This document shows positions 1-8,698 of a stretch of 64,000 nt of DNA, in pieces. Each line of letters starts with the position of its first letter. The first letter of the stretch is position 1. Both the position numbers and the translations under genes were made by a program. The DNA is from a virus (taxonomy: Duplodnaviria > Heunggongvirae > Uroviricota > Caudoviricetes): IMG/VR virus record IMGVR_UViG_3300028832_002797. One strand, 5' to 3'. A model generated the notes under the pieces. That model had not been told where the DNA came from and made no database searches. It saw nothing but the letters and a program-made list of their open reading frames with translations.

Positions 1-119
1 CCGTAGCAATCGCCTACGATAACATTGACATCCTGTTTCATCAAATCATCCAGGCATGCCATCATTTCCGGGTTTAGTTTCTTAATTTTTGAACTACCCG
101 ATATAAAAACAGTTTTCAT
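1..119 (-). CDS. Partial CDS (N-terminus only; gene continues beyond window start). Begins MKTVFISGSSKIKKL...VIVGDCYG, a Rossmann/SLOG-like (DprA/LOG/YpsA-like) glycine-rich start
   Basis: ATG at 117-119 on the minus strand abuts the stop of the next gene (TAA-1nt-ATG style). Reverse-complement translation gives an ISGS...IVGD nucleotide-binding-like pattern. The family assignment is weak. Confidence 0.3.
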   Translation of the reverse strand, partial: MKTVFISGSSKIKKLNPEMMACLDDLMKQDVNVIVGDCY

Positions 120-422
120 TTAATCCTCTGCAGATTCTTCAAAAGTTGGAACTACTCCGTCTTCTTTTGCATATTTTATGATTGTTCCAAATGCCTCATT
201 GAATTCTTCTGTGTCTTTGTATTCTTGTCGGTAAGTACCAAGTTGAATAACATAATGATCTGCATAGACTTCTATGTAATTAACCTGGCTAAAACGGACT
301 GTCCAAGCCCAAGAACCAAGTTTTTCCCCACAATCAGACATGCCGATTACCTTATAAGGTAAATCGGCAGATTCAATCATATCACAAATGTAACTTAAAT
401 CATAATCGTAATATGGCTTCAT
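120..422 (-). CDS. hypothetical protein (100 aa)
   Basis: ORF track. Lies in the consistent minus-strand gene series. No recognisable motif. Confidence 0.45.
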   Translation of the reverse strand: MKPYYDYDLSYICDMIESADLPYKVIGMSDCGEKLGSWAWTVRFSQVNYIEVYADHYVIQLGTYRQEYKDTEEFNEAFGTIIKYAKEDGVVPTFEESAED

Positions 423-865
423 AGTCTTTTACCGCACTTTGGACAAAAATCGATATATTCGCTGCCATAATATTCAGCTTTAATATCGCTTTTAACCAGT
501 GACATGATAAAATATAGCCCAGTTTCGGACTCTTTAGTCACCCTTTGCTCAAAAACATCTGATAAACTGAAGTTTTGACCGCATTGCATTCCGTAAACAT
601 TCTCAGACATCGTGCAATAAGGACATGTCTTCTTACCGATATTTCCGGCTTTAGGGTGAACATGCGCCATAGACACATAATGTGTAGGATATTTTTCGTC
701 TTGTACTTCAATCATATTAACGGATATTGTGGTTAATAAACCAGTCGATTTCGTTAAAACTATCGGCATTGATAACCTTATTTCCCATACCGTCATAGAC
801 ATAGAAGCTAGAACGGTTAAGCATGAGGTTATACTGTTCGATACGGAACTGCATTTTGCCGACAT
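419..865 (-). CDS. hypothetical protein with C-terminal zinc ribbon (CPYC...CPKCG)
   Basis: ORF track. Paired CxxC motifs (CPYCTMSEN...CPKCGKRL). Confidence 0.45.
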   Translation of the reverse strand: MSAKCSSVSNSITSCLTVLASMSMTVWEIRLSMPIVLTKSTGLLTTISVNMIEVQDEKYPTHYVSMAHVHPKAGNIGKKTCPYCTMSENVYGMQCGQNFSLSDVFEQRVTKESETGLYFIMSLVKSDIKAEYYGSEYIDFCPKCGKRL

Positions 866-922
866 TTACGCCAACAATCTTGCCGTTATCATCATGGAGA
901 TATTCAACTTTCTTCTTAAACA

Positions 923-1750
923 TTATGCACCACACATTTTTACAAAGTCTTCTTCAGAAATAAGGGTCGTTCCCTGCTTACGGGCCTTTTGAGCCTTGCT
1001 CGAAGTGGAATTCGGATCGGCGAGCACGAGGAAGTTCGTAGTCTTCTTCATGGTTTCATCAACGACACCGCCATTGTTTTCGACCAATGCCCAGAGTTCC
1101 TTACGAGGACGGGAAGCCGCACCAGTGAAACAGAAAGACTGACCGTTGAGAACACCCGCGACAGGAGCCTTCGGAACGAGAATGGAGATATACTTCAAAG
1201 TTTCTCGCATGTCGGATTCGAGTGCCTTCAGACCAGCTTTGAGCTTATCGGACGTAATTTGACCCACGCCTTCGCAAACATAATCGTTACAGTTGATGAA
1301 GTCATCGAAAGTGGTCAATTTCTTCGCATCGATAATCCTCTGGACGATTCTTTCGCCAAGGCCTGAGATGTTATAGCCCGAGATAAATTGAGCCAATGTG
1401 GCTTGTTTATGGGCTTCTATTTGGGCCTTAATGATTTCAGCGGAACGCTTGCCATAACCTTCAAGATTTTCAATCTTCTTGTAGTCAATCTTGTAGAGAT
1501 CCGAGATAGACTTAAAAACGCCAGCGTCATAAAGAGATTCAATGGTGGTCAAGCCAAGTTCCATAATCTGAAGTTTTTCAGTCCATTTCGAAATACGACC
1601 GGAAAACTTGCTCTTGCACAGTTCGTTAGTGCAATAGAACTGTTTATGATTTTCAGAAACTGTCAAATCACCGCCGCAAATCGGACAAACAGTCGGCATG
1701 TTCCAGTTGTGAAGGCTTGCTAAAGTTTTAACGTCCATTGTAATCTCCAT
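923..1750 (-). CDS. ligA: NAD-dependent DNA ligase, C-terminal fragment (Zn-finger + HhH + BRCT domains only)
   Basis: CPICGG...C..C zinc-finger motif, helix-hairpin-helix region, and a BRCT-like GQSFCFTG...VLADPNSTSSKAQKARKQG segment. These align with the LigA C-terminal modules. The ORF-track start at 1780 is TTG and would translate the promoter box. I place the start at ATG 1748-1750 (MEITMDV...). Confidence 0.8.
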   Translation of the reverse strand: MEITMDVKTLASLHNWNMPTVCPICGGDLTVSENHKQFYCTNELCKSKFSGRISKWTEKLQIMELGLTTIESLYDAGVFKSISDLYKIDYKKIENLEGYGKRSAEIIKAQIEAHKQATLAQFISGYNISGLGERIVQRIIDAKKLTTFDDFINCNDYVCEGVGQITSDKLKAGLKALESDMRETLKYISILVPKAPVAGVLNGQSFCFTGAASRPRKELWALVENNGGVVDETMKKTTNFLVLADPNSTSSKAQKARKQGTTLISEEDFVKMCGA

Positions 1751-1760
1751 TGTATGACTA

Positions 1761-1772
1761 CAATATAGCAAA
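1761..1772 (-). promoter_or_regulatory. Conserved phage promoter-like box (minus-strand CTATATTG) about 10 nt upstream of the ligA-C ATG
   Basis: Plus strand reads caatatagcaaa. Same motif family as more than 25 other intergenic sites. Confidence 0.45.
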
Positions 1773-1798
1773 TTTGGCAAGCTTTGTCAATGGTAAAT

Positions 1799-1993
1799 TT
1801 ACGGGTTATCTATCGGAACGAGCTTCCAGCCGTATTTTCCACATTTTTCTCTTGCGAATGTTGCGGCTTTTTCGTCATCGGTCCAGGTTTTCACGTTTTT
1901 ATCCATCATATACTGATATGTATCGGAATTCGTAGGAAATACCGGGCCATTAGGAAAATCAAACTGTACTGTCCAAATATTATTACATGTCAT
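1799..1993 (-). CDS. hypothetical small protein (64 aa)
   Basis: ORF track. Compact spacing in the operon. Confidence 0.4.
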   Translation of the reverse strand: MTCNNIWTVQFDFPNGPVFPTNSDTYQYMMDKNVKTWTDDEKAATFAREKCGKYGWKLVPIDNP

Positions 1994-2171
1994 CTTGAAT
2001 TACCTTTTCTGAAAATTCTTCGAGCTTATCTAGGCTCTTTTCTGCTGCGACGCGTTCTTCTGTAACGACGTCGGTATCAAATCTATCGAGATGAAGCATG
2101 GCCCTAGCCAATTCTGCGGCCGGGAACATTTCCATCATTGTTTTCGGTCTTTCTTTATTTTCTTCGTCCAT
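1983..2171 (-). CDS. hypothetical small acidic protein (62 aa, MDEENKERPK...)
   Basis: Internal ATG at 2169-2171 lies immediately downstream (6 nt) of a promoter box. The upstream part of the track ORF overlaps the uvsX 3' end and is probably not coding. Confidence 0.35.
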   Translation of the reverse strand: MDEENKERPKTMMEMFPAAELARAMLHLDRFDTDVVTEERVAAEKSLDKLEEFSEKVIQDDM

Positions 2172-2177
2172 AATAAT

Positions 2178-2191
2178 AAAATATAGTAAAA
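2178..2191 (-). promoter_or_regulatory. Promoter-like box (minus-strand TTTTACTATATTTT) directly upstream of the 1983..2171 start
   Basis: Plus strand reads aaaatatagtaaaa. The start codon follows 6 nt later, a leaderless-type arrangement. Confidence 0.4.
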
Positions 2192-2192
2192 T

Positions 2193-2222
2193 AAAAGGGC
2201 CCATTTGGACCCTTTTATTTAT
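2193..2222 (-). terminator. Rho-independent terminator hairpin (aagggcccatttggaccctt) with flanking A/T runs, downstream of uvsX
   Basis: GC-rich inverted repeat followed by T-runs on both strands, so potentially bidirectional. Confidence 0.55.
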
Positions 2223-2238
2223 TTGTTCTGGAAAACAA

Positions 2239-3432
2239 CTACATATCGTCGTCGTCTTCAGCGAGAATATCACCGTCGAGTTCGTCGAGGTTAGCACCAG
2301 TACGGTTAACCATAGCGATACCTGTATTTTCACTGAGGTCTTCGTAACCCGCATTCATAAGAGCGAGAACGTCTTCGTTTGCGTTGATAAGTACCTGTTC
2401 TTCGAATGCGAACTTGGATTCTACATAATGCCTGAACGTTTCATCCTTATAGAGAGGAATCCAGAATTTAGCACAGTAGAGTTCTTCTTCCTTCCACATT
2501 CTTTCCGGCTTGCCAAGTTCACCAGTTTCAGGATCAACCTTGGTATCGTAACCGATACGTGCATAATAACCCGGCTTCGGCTTGTAAACTACGCCACATT
2601 CCATGGCTTCATCCAAAAGTCCGTAGTACGGAGATACACCACCTGCATGAAGGATAAGATACTTGGTCTTGACGAATTCCTTAGCGGAACGACCCTTAGC
2701 AACAGCACAGGTAACGACCTTACCAAGAACATTCTTGCCCTTGTCACGTTCCTTTTTAGAGGAGTAACCGAGAACAATACCGTCAGCGTTAAAGATAATA
2801 CGCATACCGCCAGGAATCTTATACGGGTCGCCGAACATTTCGAGAGAAGCATAAACGTGGTTCATGACGAGAGTCGTGAAACCGCCACTCAAAATAATGT
2901 TTGCGAGTTCGTTTTTGAATTTTGCGGAAGACATGTTAACAGCGGAACTTCCCTGTTGTGCCTTTTCAAGAACCTGGTCTTCGATAATCGGACCCCAGGA
3001 GTCAAACAATACGAAAGTATTGCGACGTTGCTGAAGCGAGCCACACTGAGCCGAGAGCTTAGCGATGAACTGCTTAATTTTCGGAATGCTGTTCGTAGGA
3101 CCGTGAACACCGACTTCATCCATGTTAATTCCGAGCTTCGTAAGAAGGTCATAGTTAACGGAGTTTTCAGTATCGACAATGAAACAGTCCATACCAGAAT
3201 CCTGTGCAGCCTTAAGAACTGAATAACCAATCATGGACTTACCCCAGCCGGAACCGGCAGCAATCATGCTGATTGAACCCTTCTTAATACCACCCTTAAT
3301 TTTACCAGAAAGAACGAGGTTAACCGAAATACAGTTCGTACTAAGCCATTCCACAGGAATACGCTCAGTATGAAGAAGATCGGCCAAATCCTTATCTTTC
3401 TTCATTTTCGCCAAAAGCGTGTTTTTTGCCAT
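2239..3432 (-). CDS. uvsX: UvsX/RecA-family recombinase
   Basis: Walker A motif GSGWGKS. RecA-fold core with an acidic C-terminal tail (EDDDDM). Size (397 aa) is like T4 UvsX (391 aa). Confidence 0.85.
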   Translation of the reverse strand: MAKNTLLAKMKKDKDLADLLHTERIPVEWLSTNCISVNLVLSGKIKGGIKKGSISMIAAGSGWGKSMIGYSVLKAAQDSGMDCFIVDTENSVNYDLLTKLGINMDEVGVHGPTNSIPKIKQFIAKLSAQCGSLQQRRNTFVLFDSWGPIIEDQVLEKAQQGSSAVNMSSAKFKNELANIILSGGFTTLVMNHVYASLEMFGDPYKIPGGMRIIFNADGIVLGYSSKKERDKGKNVLGKVVTCAVAKGRSAKEFVKTKYLILHAGGVSPYYGLLDEAMECGVVYKPKPGYYARIGYDTKVDPETGELGKPERMWKEEELYCAKFWIPLYKDETFRHYVESKFAFEEQVLINANEDVLALMNAGYEDLSENTGIAMVNRTGANLDELDGDILAEDDDDM

Positions 3433-3542
3433 TTTTTACCTATTATTTTATTTTGTCATCGAATTTGTCATCATGAGCTTTAATCGGCTAACGTACTTTG
3501 AATCGCCCTTTTCATTGCACTTTTACTGTTAGCCAGAATATT

Positions 3543-3552
3543 TATAATATAG
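3543..3552 (-). promoter_or_regulatory. Promoter-like box (minus-strand CTATATTATA) following a terminator hairpin
   Basis: Plus strand reads tataatatag, adjacent to hairpin 3560-3577. Confidence 0.4.
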
Positions 3553-3559
3553 AAAAAAT

Positions 3560-3577
3560 GGTAAACTTTCGTTTACC
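3560..3577 (-). terminator. Terminator hairpin ggtaaac-ttt-cgtttacc downstream of the 3599..3961 gene, followed by a T-run on the minus strand
   Basis: Perfect 7-bp stem plus T6 on the coding strand. Confidence 0.5.
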
Positions 3578-3598
3578 ATTCTTAAATTTGTTCCGATT

Positions 3599-3961
3599 TT
3601 ATCGGCCGAGGAACTCGTTGAGAACTTCACCTTCCGACGGATATAAATCACGGTACGGATTATGATATTCTGCCTTCTGTTTTACGAATTCACTCTTTTC
3701 CGTCTTTTCGACAACGAAATCCTTATCAATCTTTGCAGCGGGTGCTTCGAGAATTTCCTTAGATTCCGTAATCTGTTGCGGCTTAATCAAACCTTCAGCA
3801 GCCTTAGGCTTTGATGATTCGTTAATCTGCGGAGCCGGAGTTTCTTGGTGAGCGGCTTCATATTCCTTGAGCTTAGTCTTATGCTTTGTCCACATGTGAG
3901 AGCCAAGCTTCATACGGTTTTCAAAAGTTTCACCACAAATAGGGCAAGTTACTTGATCCAT
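3599..3961 (-). CDS. C2H2-type zinc-finger protein (CPICGETF...HMWTKH)
   Basis: N-terminal CxxC...HxxxxH pattern. Verified ATG at 3959-3961. Confidence 0.5.
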   Translation of the reverse strand: MDQVTCPICGETFENRMKLGSHMWTKHKTKLKEYEAAHQETPAPQINESSKPKAAEGLIKPQQITESKEILEAPAAKIDKDFVVEKTEKSEFVKQKAEYHNPYRDLYPSEGEVLNEFLGR

Positions 3962-3973
3962 AGTCTACTCCAA

Positions 3974-4594
3974 TTATTTCTTTTTAGTATTCTTCTTTGC
4001 AGGCTTCTTCTTGTTCTTCTTTCCGTTAACAGCCTCATTTTGGCGGGGCTTAGTTTTCTTCGGAGTGCTTTTGCCTGGCTTGACAGTTTTCTCAGTCTTC
4101 TTCTTGGTTTCATTTGTTGTTTCCTTACGTGAACGCTTCTTTTCAGTCGGCTTCTTGACCGGCTTAAGAGCCTTTGCAATCTTCTTCAGATCTTCATCGG
4201 AAATCTTGTCGGTTTCCTTTTCAACGACCTTCGGAGTAGCAGGAACTTCAGCCTTAGCCACTTCCAATGTTTCTGGAGTTTCAGCGAGAACCTTGCCAGC
4301 GAGCTCTTCTGTTACGGTATATGTCGGTTCCAATTCAACCATCGGTTCCGGCTTATTTGCTTCTTCGCAAATAATGTTTCCGGCTTCCATGATGTCGCAT
4401 GCTGTCTGCTGACATTCTGCTTCATGCTGAGCTGGATCTTCTTCATATCCTTCAATCATAGAGTCAAGCGGATTTTCGTCAAGCTTAACGATTTCCGGCT
4501 TCTGTTCACGCAATGCCTTGCGGAGCAAGAAATATCCGATTACAACCAAGATTACGGCGAGCGCAATCAAACCAATTACTAATGTAGTATTCAT
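3974..4594 (-). CDS. membrane-anchored protein with acidic middle and lysine-rich (histone-H1-like) C-terminal tail
   Basis: N-terminal hydrophobic helix (LVIGLIALAVILVVIGYFLL). The C-terminus reads KKKTEKTVKPGKSTPKKTKP...KKNTKKK. Confidence 0.5.
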   Translation of the reverse strand: MNTTLVIGLIALAVILVVIGYFLLRKALREQKPEIVKLDENPLDSMIEGYEEDPAQHEAECQQTACDIMEAGNIICEEANKPEPMVELEPTYTVTEELAGKVLAETPETLEVAKAEVPATPKVVEKETDKISDEDLKKIAKALKPVKKPTEKKRSRKETTNETKKKTEKTVKPGKSTPKKTKPRQNEAVNGKKNKKKPAKKNTKKK

Positions 4595-4642
4595 TTTTTC
4601 ACCTCATTAAAATATAACTTGTGTATTGTATATATAAAATTT

Positions 4643-5719
4643 CTAACTGAAAAACTCGAACATTGTCGGTCGTTCCAAATTAATTTCTTCCTTCGGACCT
4701 AACCAACCAGCGATTCTGAACATCGTATCGAAAAGCTGACAGAAAGATTTTCTGAATGCGGTTTCATAGTCAATCTCAAAGTATTTATTAAATTCTTGCG
4801 GCCAAGATTCGAGATATGCGACTGCTTCAATCGGCGAAGTTTTTCCGTCCATATCCTTGGCTACAATCTTCTGAGATGGCTTTACATATACATATCGTAA
4901 TTTGGAATTATTACGAATCGGGTTATATTTCAACCTGTCCTTAGTAACGATATAGTTGTAGATAATCGAAATCTTTGCACCGAAAATGAGACCAGTCGGA
5001 AGAATCAAACCGTGGTCCATGTAATAGTCCATGAGAGTCTCGTATTTCATATCGAACGGCGTCGTATTCATCGCACTTTCAGAATACAGCTCTCTGAATT
5101 TGTCCATGGCGATTGTCGTATATTTCGTATAGTTCTTGATACCGATAACCGACGAAATAACGTTCAAATCCGAGCTCTTAAACTGGTCATAAACCTTGTA
5201 GATATATTCCTGTGCTTCGTCCTTACCGATACCGTCGCAGATTTTGAATGCGAGTTCTTCAGCAGCCGTTTTACAGAAGTCTGGCATAGTCGATTTCTTA
5301 ATAGGAACGCCCATAATTTTATGCTTCATGTGGTCAAGCGGATATAACGAACCTTCACTATCGATAATATTACCGATATACAACTTCTTTGCAAAACAGA
5401 ACATGTTTTTGAAGATGTTTTCACGGTTGAAATTAATCTTATTGACCGTATGGAACTGCTTGGCTCGAATGTCGAGAATCTTATCGAAGAAACGCTGGAA
5501 CACGTCCTCGCATTTCTGGAAATAGCTTCGATATTCCTCTTCGTTCGTAATCTGCAAACCAGATTCCATCAAACGCTTCTTTAGCTCAATAATCGAAAAA
5601 TAAACTGAGTCCGTATCATTATGGACCGCACAGACATCGCGACCTTTCACGACAAGAGGACTCATGTCGTTCATTTGAAATTTATCAATCTTTACATCTA
5701 ATGCTTTCTTAAATTCCAT
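4643..5719 (-). CDS. Family B DNA polymerase, C-terminal subunit (motif C region, HNDTDSVYF)
   Basis: YGDTDS-like motif C (VHNDTDSVY). ATG at 5717-5719 lies 1 nt after the TAA (5721-5723) of the upstream pol fragment. The track ORF extends upstream in a non-coding overlap. Confidence 0.75.
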   Translation of the reverse strand: MEFKKALDVKIDKFQMNDMSPLVVKGRDVCAVHNDTDSVYFSIIELKKRLMESGLQITNEEEYRSYFQKCEDVFQRFFDKILDIRAKQFHTVNKINFNRENIFKNMFCFAKKLYIGNIIDSEGSLYPLDHMKHKIMGVPIKKSTMPDFCKTAAEELAFKICDGIGKDEAQEYIYKVYDQFKSSDLNVISSVIGIKNYTKYTTIAMDKFRELYSESAMNTTPFDMKYETLMDYYMDHGLILPTGLIFGAKISIIYNYIVTKDRLKYNPIRNNSKLRYVYVKPSQKIVAKDMDGKTSPIEAVAYLESWPQEFNKYFEIDYETAFRKSFCQLFDTMFRIAGWLGPKEEINLERPTMFEFFS

Positions 5720-5720
5720 C

Positions 5721-7928
5721 TTAATCCTCAATACCGAGAAGGTCAGTGTCCTTGTTGAATTCGTAAGCGTAGATTTCCATTTCGTCATTACCGCGAAGAA
5801 CAGTAATCTTTTCATAGAAATCGTACTTATATGTCTTTTCTTCCGTAATGATGGAAACTGTCGAGAATTCCTTGACAACATCCTTGAGCAAGAACGGAGA
5901 AACATAGTATTCATTGAGATTCTTGGTCAACCAGTCTCTCAAAGTGACACGAGCGCAACGGCAAATAGCACGAGCAACGTCAGGGTCATACAAAGCGAAA
6001 CTGTTAGCAAGAGAAACACCGTAAACCGAGTTAATGATGAGCTTCTTGGTCATCTGTCGGTTATGATACAAATGTTCACCAGCTTTATCGCCTTTCTTGT
6101 GACATTCCTTTTCCTTATTCTTATATACCTTACGTTCTGCAAACACCTGCTTGACAACGTTCGGAAGAATACCGTCATCACGGTTATAGAAACCAAGTTC
6201 TGCAACGTCTGTCGGAATAACCTCACCGGATTCAATCTGTTCCTTAGTCGGATGAACAACCTTCAATTCCGGAGAGATATGGAATTCCATAATGTGGTGC
6301 GGATATGACGAGGTAATATCGAAAGACATACAATCGTCATGTCGACCAGGGAAGTCATAACAATAACCTGCCTTTACCTGGAATTCTGGGAACGGATGAG
6401 GATCCTTCTTATACGCTTCCCATGCGGCAAGGAAATCCTTTTCAGTTTTCCAATGCTCGAATCTTCTCTGTCCGACAAGTCGCTTGATTGTATCGTAATC
6501 ATACTTTCCTTCAGACTGAGCTTCCTTATAAGCATCATAGAAAACACGGAACTTACAATAGTCCTTATAACGCTTTGCACCCGGTTCCCATTCAGTGTTC
6601 TGGAAATAATCGTTTCCGTCCTTATCTTTTACGATATAGCAACGTTCATTTCTCCACCAGTCAACATGATGGTCTTCACGGTCATTCAAAACACGGTTGG
6701 TCTTATGTAAGAATTTTAAGATATAACCAGTAGTCGTCGGAACCTTCTGTTCAACCTTATCGAGAGTAACAAGGCAATCGAATGCATATTCAATAATAAG
6801 GTCGAAGAGCTTGTTTTTCTTTTCAAGGTCGACCATAATCATAACGTCCTTTCTGTTATACTTCAGGAAGTTATTACCGTCAATCTTGTAGGTTTCAGAA
6901 ATTGCACCGCTATATTCCAACTTTTGGTCATTTAATTCGAGGTTGGCAACATAGTTAAGGGAATACGAAGAAAGAGGCGGATGAGATCCGAAGACTTCGT
7001 ACAGTTTCATGTAGTCAAGAGAATACAAACCAGGAATCGTGTACTTCGTTCCAAGTTCAACGTTTTCCATCTTGCGGTCAGTAATCTTTTCAGCCACAGG
7101 CATCATGCCGAGAGGAGACAGATTCTTTTCCCATTCAACCTTGATGTCGTATTTCTCTCTGAGAACTTCACAACGACGCATGATATAGGGAATATCGTAT
7201 GCGAGCGAGTTCCAACCTGTAATGATGTCAAAATGATTATTGGCGAACCACTTAATCCATTCACGGATAAGTACCATTTCTGACTTACAGTACGTATAAT
7301 TCGGTAAATCCTTCGGGTCATCTGTATATCTGATTGTGCTCCAGGTATAAGATTGACCAGTCTTTGTAGAATAACAAGTAATGGCGTTAATTGGCCACTG
7401 AGCTATTTCAGGAGACGGGAAGTCATATGAAACAAAACAGCTATCATCGTAGGGAAGCCATTTCTGAACTTCAATGTCATAAACAAAATACTTGTCATGG
7501 TCAAACTTCATATCGAAATCAATAAGACTGATGTCGAGAGTTTTCTTGGTTTTCTTTTCGCAGACCTTAATCAATGTTTCGTCATAATACTTACTTCCTG
7601 ACGCAACTTCAATATCGAAGAAACAGATATTCCATTTGCTCATATCAACTTGGAGTTCTTCGTTATCGTATAGTTGGTGCATGTATTTGACTTCTGGACG
7701 CAAATTACCTTCACATACGCCTCTAAGACCCATAAGGGAATTACGGTCACTATAATCGAACCGTATCATCGGTGTCTTGTGAATGTCAGTAATATTGCTC
7801 TTCTTTGAAGGATCCGGCCTGTAGCACCAGTTATGAAATTCAACTTCTTTAAAATCAATATCATCTTGGGCTTTAAAATAGAGCTTTTGTTTTTTAAAGT
7901 CCCAGTAACAATTCTTAAATCCACTCAT
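5721..7928 (-). CDS. Family B DNA polymerase, N-terminal subunit (3'-5' exonuclease + palm motifs A and B)
   Basis: Exo I (FFDIEV) and Exo II (WNSLAYDIPYI) motifs. Motif A DITSSYPHHI and motif B KLIINSVYGV. Ends before motif C. Confidence 0.85.
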   Translation of the reverse strand: MSGFKNCYWDFKKQKLYFKAQDDIDFKEVEFHNWCYRPDPSKKSNITDIHKTPMIRFDYSDRNSLMGLRGVCEGNLRPEVKYMHQLYDNEELQVDMSKWNICFFDIEVASGSKYYDETLIKVCEKKTKKTLDISLIDFDMKFDHDKYFVYDIEVQKWLPYDDSCFVSYDFPSPEIAQWPINAITCYSTKTGQSYTWSTIRYTDDPKDLPNYTYCKSEMVLIREWIKWFANNHFDIITGWNSLAYDIPYIMRRCEVLREKYDIKVEWEKNLSPLGMMPVAEKITDRKMENVELGTKYTIPGLYSLDYMKLYEVFGSHPPLSSYSLNYVANLELNDQKLEYSGAISETYKIDGNNFLKYNRKDVMIMVDLEKKNKLFDLIIEYAFDCLVTLDKVEQKVPTTTGYILKFLHKTNRVLNDREDHHVDWWRNERCYIVKDKDGNDYFQNTEWEPGAKRYKDYCKFRVFYDAYKEAQSEGKYDYDTIKRLVGQRRFEHWKTEKDFLAAWEAYKKDPHPFPEFQVKAGYCYDFPGRHDDCMSFDITSSYPHHIMEFHISPELKVVHPTKEQIESGEVIPTDVAELGFYNRDDGILPNVVKQVFAERKVYKNKEKECHKKGDKAGEHLYHNRQMTKKLIINSVYGVSLANSFALYDPDVARAICRCARVTLRDWLTKNLNEYYVSPFLLKDVVKEFSTVSIITEEKTYKYDFYEKITVLRGNDEMEIYAYEFNKDTDLLGIED

Positions 7929-7934
7929 AGTATC

Positions 7935-7948
7935 AAATATAGAAAAAA
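7935..7948 (-). promoter_or_regulatory. Promoter-like box (minus-strand TTTTTTCTATATTTG) 6-7 nt upstream of the polB ATG
   Basis: Plus strand reads aaatatagaaaaaa. ATG at 7926-7928, a leaderless-type spacing. Confidence 0.45.
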
Positions 7949-7979
7949 CCTACAAACGATTAAGTTTGTAGGTCTTTTT
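7949..7979. terminator. Bidirectional hairpin terminator (cctacaaac-gattaa-gtttgtagg) flanked by A6/T5 runs
   Basis: 9-bp perfect stem with T-runs on both strands. Lies between the 7997..8203 gene and polB. Confidence 0.55.
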
Positions 7980-7996
7980 GTTCCAAATTTCTTCAA

Positions 7997-8203
7997 TTAT
8001 GCATTCAACGTCTTGATGAAGGTCTGCATGTCCTGGAAAGCCTGGAGGTAACCAGCCTTGAATTCAGCCTTTTCAGCCGGAACTTCGGTCTTGCGGACTT
8101 CATCGATCTTTGCGACCACGATTTGCTTGATTGCACGGAGGTTGTTAACAACAACGTCTTCGGCGTCAACTGCATCATTAAAGTTATTAGCATTAGTCAT
8201 CAT
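7997..8203 (-). CDS. hypothetical small protein (68 aa)
   Basis: ORF track. Confidence 0.35.
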   Translation of the reverse strand: MMTNANNFNDAVDAEDVVVNNLRAIKQIVVAKIDEVRKTEVPAEKAEFKAGYLQAFQDMQTFIKTLNA

Positions 8204-8216
8204 AATTTGTTTTCCT

Positions 8217-8447
8217 TTATCGTTTAGTTAACCATATGTTATAGGTTCTTGTGTCTTCTTTTTGTGTCTTCGCATTGTCAGGAATCATAGATTGATATTC
8301 TTCCGGAATTTCAGAAAAATCTGGAGCTTGCTCATACTGTTTCCACACATTGGTATTGGCAATAGCATTGGCTATTTCCGGCATACCTTCTGTAGCTTCT
8401 TCAATATCAAGCGGAAGTCTTCTCTTTCTGCTGTACTCTGGTATCAT
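8217..8447 (-). CDS. hypothetical acidic protein (76 aa)
   Basis: ORF track. Overlaps the infA-like 3' end by about 40 nt. Confidence 0.3.
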   Translation of the reverse strand: MIPEYSRKRRLPLDIEEATEGMPEIANAIANTNVWKQYEQAPDFSEIPEEYQSMIPDNAKTQKEDTRTYNIWLTKR

Positions 8448-8697
8448 ATCTAAATTTTATCCTTCCTTTACTCATATCATAGATGTTAACACCGATGAGG
8501 CATTTATCACCTGGAGTGATATGAATATGCTTAACACGAATTTTACCAGATATTGTGCAGAGCACTCTCTGGCCGTTTTCGAGTTCTACGTCAAACATCG
8601 CATTAGGGCGGGCTTCTAAAACCGTGCCGATAACATCGACTTCTGACAAGTTTTGTTTTTCTGCTTTATCTTTTTTATTAGTTTTAATTTTTTTCAT
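8407..8697 (-). CDS. infA: Translation initiation factor IF-1 homolog (S1-like OB fold) with lysine-rich N-terminal extension
   Basis: VIGTVLEARPNAMFDVELENGQRVLCTISGKIRVKHIHITPGDKCLIGVNIYDMSKGRIKFRY aligns closely with bacterial IF-1 (GTV.E.LPN.MF.VELENGH...ISGKMR...I..GD.V....PYDL.KGRI..R). ATG at 8695-8697 lies 1 nt after the upstream TAA. Confidence 0.8.
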   Translation of the reverse strand: MKKIKTNKKDKAEKQNLSEVDVIGTVLEARPNAMFDVELENGQRVLCTISGKIRVKHIHITPGDKCLIGVNIYDMSKGRIKFRYDTRVQQKEKTSA

Positions 8698-8698
8698 G

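Noticed and set aside
923-1780. ORF-track start of the ligase C-fragment at 1780
   Set aside because: Codon 1778-1780 is TTG. Extending to it would translate the conserved promoter box (caatatagcaaa). The ATG at 1748-1750 is preferred.
2098-3222. 374-aa plus-strand ORF
   Set aside because: Entirely antisense to the strongly supported UvsX/RecA gene. No promoter box or SD. Composition-driven shadow ORF.
4643-7928. polB as a frameshifted pseudogene
   Set aside because: The junction is a clean TAA-G-ATG in a new frame. Both parts retain intact catalytic motifs, and the same stop-1nt-start architecture recurs at other gene pairs. A sequencing error cannot be excluded without reads.
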